Made by a program: the position numbers and the translations under genes. Positions 36,680-47,427 of a DNA stretch of 64,000 bases are shown here, piece by piece. Under the pieces are notes generated by a model. It was given only the letters and a program-made list of their open reading frames with translations, did no database searches and was not told where the DNA came from. Source of the stretch: Gammaproteobacteria bacterium (GTDB lineage Bacteria > Pseudomonadota > Gammaproteobacteria > Natronospirales > DASSBR01); assembly GCA_035688265.1 (NCBI GenBank), contig DASSNE010000056.1:4255-68254 (forward strand), written 5' to 3'. How positions within the stretch are numbered: the first letter of the stretch is position 1; every line of letters starts with the position of its first letter.

Positions 36680-38854
36680 TCAGGCTTGTTGTTCGGCCAG
36701 ATAAATCTCTTCGCGCTGATTCTCCGCCTCGATGTCCGCCGCATCTCCGGCGGGCGCCCCGGCCGACTTCGGCTCCGGCTTGCGTGCCGGCGCGCGCTGT
36801 TCCGCCTCGACTTTCGCGTCGGGCGCCTGCCCGGGCAACTTGAATCCCGCGACCGAGGTCCGCAACTGCGTCGCGAGTTCGGCGAGCTTGCCGATAGCTT
36901 GCGCGGTGGCGCTGGTGCCGCGCGACGTGCGCGAGGTGATTTCCTGAATGCTGTTCATCGTCTTCGATACGTCGGCCGCGGCCTCGGCCTGCTGGCGCGC
37001 CGAATTCGAGATGCTTTGAATCAGCGTTGCGATGTTGTTCGAGACGTTTTCGATTTCATCCAGCGCCGACCCCGCGTTTTCGGCCAGTTCGGCGGTCGTT
37101 ACCACGCCCGAGGTGCTTTCTTCCATCGACATGACCGCTTCGTTCGTATCGGTCTGAATCGTCTTCACCAGCGCTTCGATCTGGCGTGTTGCATTCGCGG
37201 AACGTTCCGCGAGGCGCTGCACTTCGTCGGCGACGACCGCAAACCCGCGGCCCGCCTCGCCGGCCATTGATGCCTGGATTGCGGCGTTGAGCGCGAGGAT
37301 GTTGGTCTGCTCGGCAATGTCGTTGATAAGTTCGACGATATCGCCGATTTCCTGCGAACTTTCGCCGAGGCGCTTGATACGCTTGGACGTTTCCTGAATC
37401 GTCTCGCGGATCGCGTTCATGCCTTCGATCGTGCGGCGCACGGCCTGACCGCCGTTATGCGCAATCGCGACCGACTGGCGCGCGACCTGCGTCGAGCGTT
37501 CGGCGTTGGCCGACACCTGTTCGATCGAGTGCGCCATGTCGCTGATCTGGCCGCCGGCGGTGGCGATCTGGCGACTTTGATGCGCACTGGCTTCGGCCAG
37601 GTCGGCGGCGGTGCTGCGGGTGCCGCGTGCGGCGGCATCGACCTGCGCCGACGTGTCATTGATCGTGCGCACCAGGTCGCGCAGCGCTTCCAGGGCGAAG
37701 TTGATGGAGTCCGCGATCGCGCCGGTGATGTCCTCGGTCACCGTGACTTCCACGGTCAAATCGCCGTCAGCGAGGCTGCCCAGTTCATCGAGCAGCCGGA
37801 GAATGGCTTCCTGGTTGCGCTCGGTCTGGCGCTGCTGCATCGCGGCAGCTTTGCGAACGTCGCCGCCGAGCAGATAAATGTAGAGCGTAATCAGCAGGAT
37901 GACCAGCGCGATGCCGCCGATGATATAGCCGTATTCCGGTTGGAACGGGCGCGCCTCCACCTGTCTTTGATAAACATCCTGCAACTTGCTCACGTACCCA
38001 AGCAGTTCGGCGCTCGCCGCGTCGATCTGCTTCGCCGCCTTGTGAGCCGCAACCATATCGTCGGCCAGCGACGTCAGCGCCTGCAGGTTCTGTTTGATCG
38101 ACGCAAGCGAAGCATTTGCCTGCGCAATCTCCGGCTGGATCGTCTCGACTCCGACCGGACTGATATTGAGCGCCGGATCACCGACTTGCAGGCCCTGGCT
38201 GACACCGATGAAGCGCTTCAGGTCCGGCTCCAGCCGCTGCGCCGCCTTGGCCACGTCGCCGGCGCCGCCCACCAGCACGTTGGTCTCGTTGATCAACCGC
38301 TGGCCGAGAACGCCCTGGCGGCCGGCCAGGTAGATTTGCCGCTGCGTCGCCGTCGACGACTGAACGAGGTCCTGGGTGATCTGGTCCCACTGCGCGAGCA
38401 GGCCCGGCATGCTCGCATCGACGCTGGCCTCGATCTGGTTGGCGAGCATGATCGCATCGCGCTGGTCCAGAATTTTCTGAACGCTGTCGCGCGCACCTTT
38501 CCAGGTGTTGTTGATCAGCGTGACCTGCTTCAGCGCATCGCCCTTGGCCGCGGGCATGAAGGTGGCCGAATCGCCGCTCAGCATCATGAAGAGGTTGTGG
38601 TCGAACTGCTGGCGGGCGTGCAACAGACGCTGGAAGGCATCCTTGTCGCCGGCGATCGCGAGATCCGCATCCGCCGCGATGCTCTGCGAGTTCACCGCCT
38701 GTTCGGCCGCATAGCCGCGGAATTCGTCGTCGAAGGTCGACGTGAACGCGGATATGACGATGTCGGCGACGGCCGCCGCGATCGCGATCGACGCGACGAT
38801 AACGAGTGCGACGACAAGCTTGTTGCGACCCGTTTTTATGGTATTGGTACTCAT
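36680..38854 (-). CDS. pilJ: PilJ methyl-accepting chemotaxis protein
   Basis: 724 aa. N-terminal TM, a large periplasmic domain, a second TM, HAMP, and the MCP signalling hairpin ([38 protein letters not shown]). Confidence 0.9.
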   Translation of the reverse strand: MSTNTIKTGRNKLVVALVIVASIAIAAAVADIVISAFTSTFDDEFRGYAAEQAVNSQSIAADADLAIAGDKDAFQRLLHARQQFDHNLFMMLSGDSATFMPAAKGDALKQVTLINNTWKGARDSVQKILDQRDAIMLANQIEASVDASMPGLLAQWDQITQDLVQSSTATQRQIYLAGRQGVLGQRLINETNVLVGGAGDVAKAAQRLEPDLKRFIGVSQGLQVGDPALNISPVGVETIQPEIAQANASLASIKQNLQALTSLADDMVAAHKAAKQIDAASAELLGYVSKLQDVYQRQVEARPFQPEYGYIIGGIALVILLITLYIYLLGGDVRKAAAMQQRQTERNQEAILRLLDELGSLADGDLTVEVTVTEDITGAIADSINFALEALRDLVRTINDTSAQVDAAARGTRSTAADLAEASAHQSRQIATAGGQISDMAHSIEQVSANAERSTQVARQSVAIAHNGGQAVRRTIEGMNAIRETIQETSKRIKRLGESSQEIGDIVELINDIAEQTNILALNAAIQASMAGEAGRGFAVVADEVQRLAERSANATRQIEALVKTIQTDTNEAVMSMEESTSGVVTTAELAENAGSALDEIENVSNNIATLIQSISNSARQQAEAAADVSKTMNSIQEITSRTSRGTSATAQAIGKLAELATQLRTSVAGFKLPGQAPDAKVEAEQRAPARKPEPKSAGAPAGDAADIEAENQREEIYLAEQQA

Positions 38855-38901
38855 CTTTTTGCCTCACCCCTGGCCACAACAGCCGACAGTTTGCGAACCG
38901 C

Positions 38902-39453
38902 CTACCTTGCCGCCTGCAGAAATGCAGGGCTTTCTATCAGCGCCCGCAAGTCGATTATTCCCCAAGCCTCCTCGCCACGGTGCCAGCCGCCGCGCAGCCA
39001 CTGCGCGACCGCCGGCAGCGATCCGGTCTCGAAATCGCCACCGTCGCTGTCGTGAAACCGCCGAAAACCGTATACCTCATCAACCAGCAGCCCGGCCGGG
39101 ATCTCGGCATGATCGACAGCCAGTACCCGGCTGGAGCGCGAAATCGAAGTCGCGCCGCCGTTCAGAAACCCTTTCAGGTCCGTGATCGGCAGCAACTGGC
39201 CGCGCACGTTGGCCACGCCCAGCAACCAGTCTTTCGACTGCGGCAGCCGGTGCGAGCCCGGATACGGCATCAGCTCGCGAATTTCCTCGCGCGCCGCCAC
39301 CAGTTTCAGCTCGCCGATGCGAAAGCCGAGGCCGACCCATTCGTCGTCGGCGCCCAGGCCGGTGCGATAGTCTGCCGCCACCACTCGCGCACGCGCTTCC
39401 AGCGCCTTCAACAACTCGAAGGGCTGGTTCGCGAGATCGGCGAGCGCCGGCAT
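38902..39453 (-). CDS. pilI: PilI CheW-like coupling protein
   Basis: 183 aa CheW domain. Position between pilH and pilJ. Its start overlaps the pilH stop. Confidence 0.8.
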   Translation of the reverse strand: MPALADLANQPFELLKALEARARVVAADYRTGLGADDEWVGLGFRIGELKLVAAREEIRELMPYPGSHRLPQSKDWLLGVANVRGQLLPITDLKGFLNGGATSISRSSRVLAVDHAEIPAGLLVDEVYGFRRFHDSDGGDFETGSLPAVAQWLRGGWHRGEEAWGIIDLRALIESPAFLQAAR

Positions 39454-39818
39454 CAGCCGCCGATAGCCTCTTTGAGTTTGCCGGTCAACTGCTCCTCGGT
39501 GATCGGCTTGACCAGGTAGTCGACGGCGCCCTGGCGCATGCCCCAGATCTTGTCGGTTTCCTGATCCTTGGTAGTGACGATCACCACGGGGATGGCGCTG
39601 GTATCCGCGTCGCGCGACAACTGCCGCGTCGCCTGGAAGCCGCTCATGCCCGGCATGACCACGTCCATGATGATTGCGTCCGGCTTTTCGGCCTTCGCCT
39701 GGGCCAGCCCGTCCTCGCCGTTTTCGGCGGTAATCACCTTGAAGCCGCCTTTTTCGAGCCAGTTCTTGAAGACGTGCACTTCGGTCGGCGAGTCATCGAC
39801 AATCAGCACTTTGGGCAT
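39453..39818 (-). CDS. pilH: PilH single-domain response regulator
   Basis: 121 aa receiver: VLIVDDSPTE ... DAIIMDVVMPGMSG ... KP. Confidence 0.85.
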   Translation of the reverse strand: MPKVLIVDDSPTEVHVFKNWLEKGGFKVITAENGEDGLAQAKAEKPDAIIMDVVMPGMSGFQATRQLSRDADTSAIPVVIVTTKDQETDKIWGMRQGAVDYLVKPITEEQLTGKLKEAIGG

Positions 39819-39857
39819 TCAAGTATCTCCACTTCGTTGTTTAATCTGCACATTCAT

Positions 39858-40253
39858 TCAGGCCGCGGCGCCGCTGGCGTAGCGCTGGACCGCGCCAATC
39901 AGTTCGTCGCGGGTAAAGGGTTTGGTCAGGTACTGCTCGGAGCCGACGATGCGGCCGCGCGCGCGGTCGAACAGGCCGTCCTTGCTGGACAGCATGATGA
40001 CGGGCGTCTGCCGGAATTGCTTGTTGTGCTTGATCAGCGCGCAGGTCTGGTAGCCGTCGAGGCGCGGCATCATGATATCGACGAAGATGATGTCCGGCCG
40101 GTTGTCGGCGATCTTCGCGAGCGCCTCGAAGCCGTCCACCGCAGTGACGACTTCGCAACCTTCTTTGTTCAGCAGCGTCTCTGCCGTGCGGCGGATCGTT
40201 TTGCTGTCGTCGATGACAAGAATCTTGAGGCCCGTCATGTCGCTGGACGCCAT
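39858..40253 (-). CDS. pilG: PilG single-domain response regulator
   Basis: ATG at 40253 with GGGAG 5 nt upstream. Receiver: ILVIDDSKTIRR ... DIIFVDIMMPRLDG ... KP. Confidence 0.85.
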   Translation of the reverse strand: MASSDMTGLKILVIDDSKTIRRTAETLLNKEGCEVVTAVDGFEALAKIADNRPDIIFVDIMMPRLDGYQTCALIKHNKQFRQTPVIMLSSKDGLFDRARGRIVGSEQYLTKPFTRDELIGAVQRYASGAAA

Positions 40254-40519
40254 GTTGCTCCCTACCTCCGGCCCGCTAAATTCCCGCGGGGACAATTAGT
40301 TCTATTCGGGTGCTGATGTTTTAGCATAATATCTAGGCATAATCCATTGGTACATCTGGGAAAGTCCCGATGCTGCCGCGATGATTGGCCAGCCGCCGTT
40401 TTTCGCCATTGGAGCGGCGGGCTTGAGCGTTTGTCGCGAAGCGGCTTTGCGCGCGCCGCCGCCACGCCTACAATCGGTAACGGCTGCCAATCTTGAGACT
40501 TTGGGAAGGAACTGTAAAC

Positions 40520-41466
<947 letters not shown>

Positions 41467-41470
<4 letters not shown>

Positions 41471-42372
41471 GCGGAACCCAAATCAAACGGCTCCCGTATC
41501 ACGACGCGAGCCAGATCGCCGGCGTCAGCCACAAGGACCGTCTGATCACGGCGGGGTTCTTCGTACTGCTGCTGCACGGCATCGCGATCCTCGGCATCAC
41601 CTTCTCGACCAACCAATCGAGCGCGCAAGGCCCGACCTTCGCCGTCACGCTGGTGCAAAGCCGCAGCGTCAATCCGCCCGACCACGCCGACTACATCGCC
41701 CAGGCCAACCAGATCGGCCACCGCAATACGGACAAGCACGTGCGCCCGGTCGCGCCGGTCAGCAGCCACGCCGCGGTCAGCCGCGCCGGCCAGTTGAATG
41801 CGCACGACAATGCCAATCATCCGGCGCCGACCGCCGCGTCGAAAGCCCAACGTCTGGTTACGACGCGCGCCGATGCCCGTCGCGCCTACAGCGGCAACCA
41901 GACGGTCGCACAAGCCAACGCCTCGCCGCGGCTGCTGATCGCCCGCCTGCTGACTTCGACGTCGGATGCCGCCGACCCGACCGAAACGCGCAAAGCGCAG
42001 GCAACCGGCAAAAACCCGCGCGATCGCACCATCTCGGTCAACACCAAGCAGTCGCGCTTCGCGCGTTATCTCGACGCCTGGCGCAAACAGGTCACCCGCA
42101 TCGGCAACCTGAACTATCCGCAGGCCATTCGGAGCAAGCATTTAACGGGCGAGCTGACGCTGGAAGTCGCGCTCAACGCCGACGGCAGCCTGCGCAAAGT
42201 CGTGTTGCTCAAACCGTCAAAGTACGCCGCACTGAATGCAGCAGCGCTAACCATCGTTCGCGCCGGCGCCCCGTACCCGCCATTTCCGAAGTCGATCAGG
42301 AAAGATACGGACGTGCTGCGGTTCGCCTACGTGTGGCGGTTTATAGACGGACAATTGTCAGCCGGAAGATGA
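41467..42372 (+). CDS. tonB3: TonB-family protein (TonB3-like)
   Basis: One N-terminal TM and a C-terminal TonB_C-like domain (NLNYPQAIRSKHLTGELTLEVALNADGSLRKVVLLKPSKYAALNAAALTIVRAGAPYPPFP). ATGA overlap with gshB, the same gshB-tonB3 arrangement as next to pilG in P. aeruginosa. Confidence 0.7.
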
Positions 42373-42427
42373 CCGCATGCGGCAAGAAGAAGCGCACCGG
42401 CGACACTTGATAAAGGAGAACTTCGTG

Positions 42428-44785
42428 ATGACGGAATTGGCTGGATTGCTTCTTCGGCGAGCCCTCAACCTCGCTGTCGGCGCAGGATGTGCATTTGCGC
42501 TGGCCGCCGGGCCCGTGGCACTGGCGAAGACGGATGTTTCGGCGACCACGGCATCACCGGACCCCGCGGCGCTGGTGAACGTTTTCATCGGTACCGGAAA
42601 TGGCGGCAAGGTCACGGGCAACATCGACACCTTTCCCGGCGCCGCGATGCCGTTCGGCATGCTTACCTGGAGTCCGACGACCAAGTCGCGCCCGGCAGGT
42701 GGCGATTATTTTTATCCGGATTCCTCGATAGGCGGCTTCAGCCTGACGCACATCTCGGGTCCCGGTTGTTCGGCGGCGGGCGAAATCCCGATTCTGCCGA
42801 CGGTGGGGACGGTCGGACAACACCCGGATGCGGCTGCCGAACGATTCGATCATGCTCACGAACATGCGACCCCCGGCGAATATCAGGTCACGCTCGCAGC
42901 AGGGACGCCTTCGGCGATCGACGTCAAGCTGACCGCGACGACGCGAACCGGAATCGGCGTTTTCCGTTTTCCGGCAACACATGCTGCCAACTTCCTGTTC
43001 AAGGTATCCGACGGGCAAACCGTCAGCCCGACTTCGACAGTTCGTATTATCGGCAACAAGGCTGTGGCGGGAGCGGAAACGTCCGGCCATTTTTGCGGTA
43101 CGTCGCGTACAGCGACCCTGTATTTCGTCGCCCGCTTCGACCGGCCGTTTCATGCTCACGGGACGTGGGCCGCAAGCGGTCCGCAATCCGGCCGGCGCGC
43201 GGCCACCGGCGCGCACACCGGCGCGTGGGTGAGCTTCGATACGACGCGAAACCGCGCCATCAAGCTCAAAGTGGCGATTTCCTATGTGAGCATCGCCAAC
43301 GCGTGGGCCAATCTGAAAGCGGAAGACAGCGGCTGGAACTTTGAGGCGGTGGCGGCCCACGCGCATAACGCGTGGAATCGGCTGCTCTCCCGCATCACGG
43401 TCGCCGGCGGCACCCATGACCAGCAGGTGCAATTTTACTCGGCGCTGTATCACACGCTGCTGCACCCGAACGTGTTTTCCGACGCCAACGGCGACTACAT
43501 CGGCTTTGACGACAAGGTGCACCACCTCGCCAACGGTCAGAACCTCCAGTACGCCAACTTTTCCGGCTGGGACATCTATCGTTCCGAAGTGCCACTGCTG
43601 GCGTTGCTGGTGCCGCACCGGGTCAACGACATGGTGACCTCGCTGTTGAACGACCAGGCGCAGGGCGGATGGCTGCCGAAGTGGGGATACGACAACGACT
43701 ACACAGGGGTCATGAATGGCGATGCCGCCGACCCGATCATCGCCGAAGCCTATGCCTTCGGGGCGCGCCATTTCGACACCAAGGCGGCACTGGACGCCAT
43801 GATAAAGGGCGCGACGCAAACTTCTCAGCCGGGCACCTGGTCCGGGGGCTATATCGAGCGTCCACACCTTCGAGCCTACCTGCGGCTCGGCTACGTGCCG
43901 GGCAACACGTCCGAGACGCTGGAATACGCCACGGCCGACTTCGCGATCGCCCGGTTTGCGAAATTCCTGGGCGACAGCACGACTTACCGGAAATTCCTCG
44001 CGCATTCCGCAAACTGGTCCAACGTCTTCGATAAGAAGGCAAAATTTCGCGGCTACGCCGGCTACATGGAACCGCGCGCGGCCAACGGCACATTCCCGTC
44101 CGGCTCGGCCTTTCAAATTCGCGCGCATTCTTACGGACAGCGGGGCTTCGAGGAAGGCAACACAATTCAGTACACGTGGATGGTGCCGCAGGATTTGCAC
44201 GGCTTGATCGAGGCAATGGGAGGCGACAGCAATGCGACGGCGCGCCTGGACATTCTATTCAAACACCTGAATGTCGGCCCCAACGAACCGTACTATTGGG
44301 CCGGCAACGAGCCGAGCCTCAATATGCCGTGGGTTTACGACTACAGCGGCGCACCGTGGAAAACACAGGCCGTCGTCCATCGGCTGATCGACAAGGTGTA
44401 TTCAGCCACGCCCGGTGGCGAACCCGGCAATGACGACCTGGGCGCCATGAGTTCGTGGCTTGTCTGGGCTTACCTCGGGATGTATCCGGAAACGCCGGGG
44501 GCGCCTGTTTTGGTACTCGGTGCGCCGGTGTTTCCCGAGGCGACGCTGCATCTAGGTAACAGTCATCAAGTGACCATTCGAGCGTCCAACGCCTCCACAC
44601 AAAGCTACGTGCAGGCTCTCGAGATCGATGGCAAAACGTGGATGAAAGACTGGCTGCCGGCCTCGTTGATCCTCGGCTCGACACCAAGCGATCTTAACAC
44701 CCACCTCTCCTTCACCATGAGCCACAGCCCGAACAAGGCTTGGGGCGCGGCGCCGGCGGACAGGCCGCCCTCCTTCGCGCCGTGA
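42428..44785 (+). CDS. Glycoside hydrolase family 92 (alpha-mannosidase-like), secreted
   Basis: AAGGAG at 42413-42418. Signal peptide. GH92-type blocks: FIGTGNGG ... PGAAMPFGMLTWSP, FSGWDIYRSEVPLL, and WAGNEPSLNMPWVYDY. Confidence 0.8.
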   Translation: MTELAGLLLRRALNLAVGAGCAFALAAGPVALAKTDVSATTASPDPAALVNVFIGTGNGGKVTGNIDTFPGAAMPFGMLTWSPTTKSRPAGGDYFYPDSSIGGFSLTHISGPGCSAAGEIPILPTVGTVGQHPDAAAERFDHAHEHATPGEYQVTLAAGTPSAIDVKLTATTRTGIGVFRFPATHAANFLFKVSDGQTVSPTSTVRIIGNKAVAGAETSGHFCGTSRTATLYFVARFDRPFHAHGTWAASGPQSGRRAATGAHTGAWVSFDTTRNRAIKLKVAISYVSIANAWANLKAEDSGWNFEAVAAHAHNAWNRLLSRITVAGGTHDQQVQFYSALYHTLLHPNVFSDANGDYIGFDDKVHHLANGQNLQYANFSGWDIYRSEVPLLALLVPHRVNDMVTSLLNDQAQGGWLPKWGYDNDYTGVMNGDAADPIIAEAYAFGARHFDTKAALDAMIKGATQTSQPGTWSGGYIERPHLRAYLRLGYVPGNTSETLEYATADFAIARFAKFLGDSTTYRKFLAHSANWSNVFDKKAKFRGYAGYMEPRAANGTFPSGSAFQIRAHSYGQRGFEEGNTIQYTWMVPQDLHGLIEAMGGDSNATARLDILFKHLNVGPNEPYYWAGNEPSLNMPWVYDYSGAPWKTQAVVHRLIDKVYSATPGGEPGNDDLGAMSSWLVWAYLGMYPETPGAPVLVLGAPVFPEATLHLGNSHQVTIRASNASTQSYVQALEIDGKTWMKDWLPASLILGSTPSDLNTHLSFTMSHSPNKAWGAAPADRPPSFAP

Positions 44786-44821
44786 CGGCAATGGCAGGTT
44801 ATTGACGCTGTCTGCGGATCC

Positions 44822-45613
44822 TTATCCAGGGGCCTGACAATGCGGATCCCGCCCCGCAGCACGCGCCTGCTGGTACAACGTCATCGCTTCCGGCATATGC
44901 GCCTGCAAATCCCGAATACGCGTCTTGTTCGACGGATGATCGGATAAAAACGCCGGCGGCGAGCTGCCGGCCTGCGCCATGTTCTGCCAGAGCTGGATCG
45001 CCTGGCGCGGATCGAACCCGGCGCGGGCCATCAGCTTGAGGCCCATGATGTCGGCCTCGGATTCCTGCGAGCGGCTGTACGGCAGTATGACGCCGTACCG
45101 CGCGCCCAAGCCGAGTGCCGCCAGAACCGCCTGATTGTTGCTGCCGCCACCGCCCAAAGCCGCCTGCGCCAGTTCCAGTCCCGCCTCCGTTGCGTACGCG
45201 GCCGACATACGCGCGTTGGCGTGGTGCGCGAGGACGTGGGAGACCTCGTGGCCCAGCACCGCGGCCAGTTGTGCCTGGTTGCGGGCGTATTTCAACAAAC
45301 CCGTATAGACGCCGATATAGCCGCCGGGCAGCGCCCAGGCATTGGCGACATCCTTCTGAAACACCGTCACCTGCCAGTTGTATTTGGTCCCGGCGACGGC
45401 GGTGACGTGCTGCGCCACGCATTGCACGTAATTGACGACAGCCGGGTTCTGCGCAGCCTGGAGCTGCTGCTTTTCCTGCTGGTAAGCCTGCGCCCCTATC
45501 TTGGCCATCTGGCTTTCGGGGAAAAAGCTGAGTTGCGGATGACCGGTGGGCGAAGTCGTGCATGCGGCCAGCAGCAGCACGGCCGGCGCCAGCACTATCC
45601 ATAATTTTTTCAT
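44822..45613 (-). CDS. M48-family zinc metallopeptidase lipoprotein
   Basis: ATG at 45613. Lipobox LLAAC. HEVSHVLAHH zinc motif. Confidence 0.8.
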   Translation of the reverse strand: MKKLWIVLAPAVLLLAACTTSPTGHPQLSFFPESQMAKIGAQAYQQEKQQLQAAQNPAVVNYVQCVAQHVTAVAGTKYNWQVTVFQKDVANAWALPGGYIGVYTGLLKYARNQAQLAAVLGHEVSHVLAHHANARMSAAYATEAGLELAQAALGGGGSNNQAVLAALGLGARYGVILPYSRSQESEADIMGLKLMARAGFDPRQAIQLWQNMAQAGSSPPAFLSDHPSNKTRIRDLQAHMPEAMTLYQQARAAGRDPHCQAPG

Positions 45614-45635
45614 GATCCACTCCTTGTGAATTCGA

Positions 45636-46658
45636 TTAATCTTTGCTGTATATCTTGACGACCAGCTTGCCATCCGTATTGATGTAGCCGCGATACATGC
45701 CCGGCGTGTTGAACGGCATGACGATGTCGCCGTTGCGATCGAGCCCGATCATGCCGCCGGTGCCCTTGCCGGCGAATTTGACCAGCTTGTCGTTGATCTC
45801 GTAATTGGCGGCTTTCTCGAGCGACCAGCCCTTGTACTCGATCAGGTCCGAGACGTCCTTCAGCAGGTTGAGTCGCATGTAGAACTCGCCGACGCCGGTG
45901 CCGGACCCGGCGAAGGTCTTGTTGTCGGCATACACGCCGTCGCCGATCAGCGGCGAGTCGCCGACGCGGCCGAAGCGCTTGTTGGTGAGCCCGCCGGTCG
46001 AGGTGCCGGCGGCGAGGTTGCCGTCCTGGTCGAGCGCCGCGCAGCCGACCGTGCCGAAGGCGTTCTTCGTGGTGCCGGGAATGCCTTCCGGCCGGCTCCT
46101 GGTGCGGTCCTTCTTCAACTGTTTCTGCAACGCGTCCCAACGGCGCTGCGTGAAGAAATAACTCTGCGGCACGAGGTGAACGTCCTGCGAGATCGCGAAA
46201 TCCATCGCGCCCTCGCCGACCAGCAGCACGTGTGGCGTCTTTTCCATCACCAGCCGTGCGAGCGCGATTGGATTGGCGACGTGCTGCACCGCGGCGACGC
46301 CGCCGGCGCGCAGGTCCTTGCCGCGCATGACCGCCGCGTCCAGTTCAACCTGGCCGTTGTGCGTGAATACGGCGCCGCGACCGGCGTTGAACAGCGGCGA
46401 GTTTTCCAGCACTTCTATCGCGGCGACGCAGGCGTCGAGGCTGCCCTTGCCCTGCTTCAGTTGCGCGTAGCCGGTCTTGAGCGCCCGGGTTATCGTTGCG
46501 CGGTATTTCGCTTCCATCTGCGGCGTCATGTCGCCGCGCTCGATCGTGCCGGCGCCCCCGTGCATGACGATGGCGATCTTGTGGCCGCCGGATGCGGCGC
46601 TCGCGGCGACCGGTACCGCGCTCAGCAGCACGATGGGCAGGAAAAAGCGGATATTCAT
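45636..46658 (-). CDS. Isoaspartyl peptidase / plant-type L-asparaginase (Ntn hydrolase), periplasmic
   Basis: ATG at 46658. Signal peptide MNIRFFLPIVLLSAVPVAASA. HGGAGTI, the autoprocessing site GTVGCAALD, and GTSTGG. Confidence 0.85.
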   Translation of the reverse strand: MNIRFFLPIVLLSAVPVAASAASGGHKIAIVMHGGAGTIERGDMTPQMEAKYRATITRALKTGYAQLKQGKGSLDACVAAIEVLENSPLFNAGRGAVFTHNGQVELDAAVMRGKDLRAGGVAAVQHVANPIALARLVMEKTPHVLLVGEGAMDFAISQDVHLVPQSYFFTQRRWDALQKQLKKDRTRSRPEGIPGTTKNAFGTVGCAALDQDGNLAAGTSTGGLTNKRFGRVGDSPLIGDGVYADNKTFAGSGTGVGEFYMRLNLLKDVSDLIEYKGWSLEKAANYEINDKLVKFAGKGTGGMIGLDRNGDIVMPFNTPGMYRGYINTDGKLVVKIYSKD

Positions 46659-46692
46659 GGCGTAACGCCTCGTTTTAGTTCGTTTCGATACA

Positions 46693-47427
46693 TTATCGCT
46701 CCCAGTCGAAGCGCGGCAAGTCGCGCAGCGTCTGCTGCAGGCCTTCCGCCCAGGCGGCGTGCACCGCCTCCCAGAACGGGTCGTTCTGGTCGAAACGCAG
46801 CCGATGGTCGATGCGGAAACTGCCCGTACGATACAGCACCAGGTCGATCGGCGGCCCGACCGACAGGTTGCTGCGCATGCTGGCGTCCATCGACACCATC
46901 GCGCAGCGCGCCGCGATGTCGAGCGGCGTGTCCGGACGGATGACGCGATCCAGGATCGGCTTGCCGTACTGGGTTTCCCCGACCTGCAGGAACGGCTGCT
47001 CCTCCGATGCACAGATGAAATTGCCCTGCGGATAGATCAGCAGGATGTCCGGCGGCTTGCCGGCGATTTCGCCGGCAAGGATGAAGGTCGCCTCGGGATT
47101 GAAACCGCCGCGCCGGTCGCCGTTGCCGAGATAGCTGCGCTGCAGGCGCGCGCTCAATTCGCCGATATGCGCGGCTGCCTCGAACATCGACTCGACCTTG
47201 CCGAGATGGACGTCGGCGTCGTGCTCCAGTTCGCGCTTAAGCTCGGCAAGCACCGCCTGCGTGGTGGCGAGATTGCCGGCCGGCAGCAGCGCCAGCATGC
47301 GGTCGTCGCCGGCATCGAGGATGTGCATCTTGCTGTAAACGCTGATGTCGTCTACGCCGGCGCTGGTGCGTGAATCCGAAGTCAGCACCAGGCCTTCGTT
47401 CAACTTGATGGCGACGCAATAAGTCAT
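46693..47427 (-). CDS. Proteasome-type T1 peptidase (Anbu-like bacterial proteasome homologue)
   Basis: 244 aa beginning MTYCVAIKLNEGLVLTSDSRTSAG, with Thr directly after the initiator Met as in Ntn/T1 proteases. Its ATG overlaps the pmbA stop (ATGA). The rest of the 599-aa track ORF is out-of-frame overlap with pmbA. Confidence 0.7.
   Translation of the reverse strand: MTYCVAIKLNEGLVLTSDSRTSAGVDDISVYSKMHILDAGDDRMLALLPAGNLATTQAVLAELKRELEHDADVHLGKVESMFEAAAHIGELSARLQRSYLGNGDRRGGFNPEATFILAGEIAGKPPDILLIYPQGNFICASEEQPFLQVGETQYGKPILDRVIRPDTPLDIAARCAMVSMDASMRSNLSVGPPIDLVLYRTGSFRIDHRLRFDQNDPFWEAVHAAWAEGLQQTLRDLPRFDWER

Noticed and set aside
40296-40519. Divergent pilG / gshB control region with an AT-rich stretch and a TTGCGC-16-TACAAT promoter-like motif (about 40445-40472)
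   Set aside because: The matches are plausible but weak, and several alternative hexamer pairs fit equally well. Without TSS data I do not report them as features.
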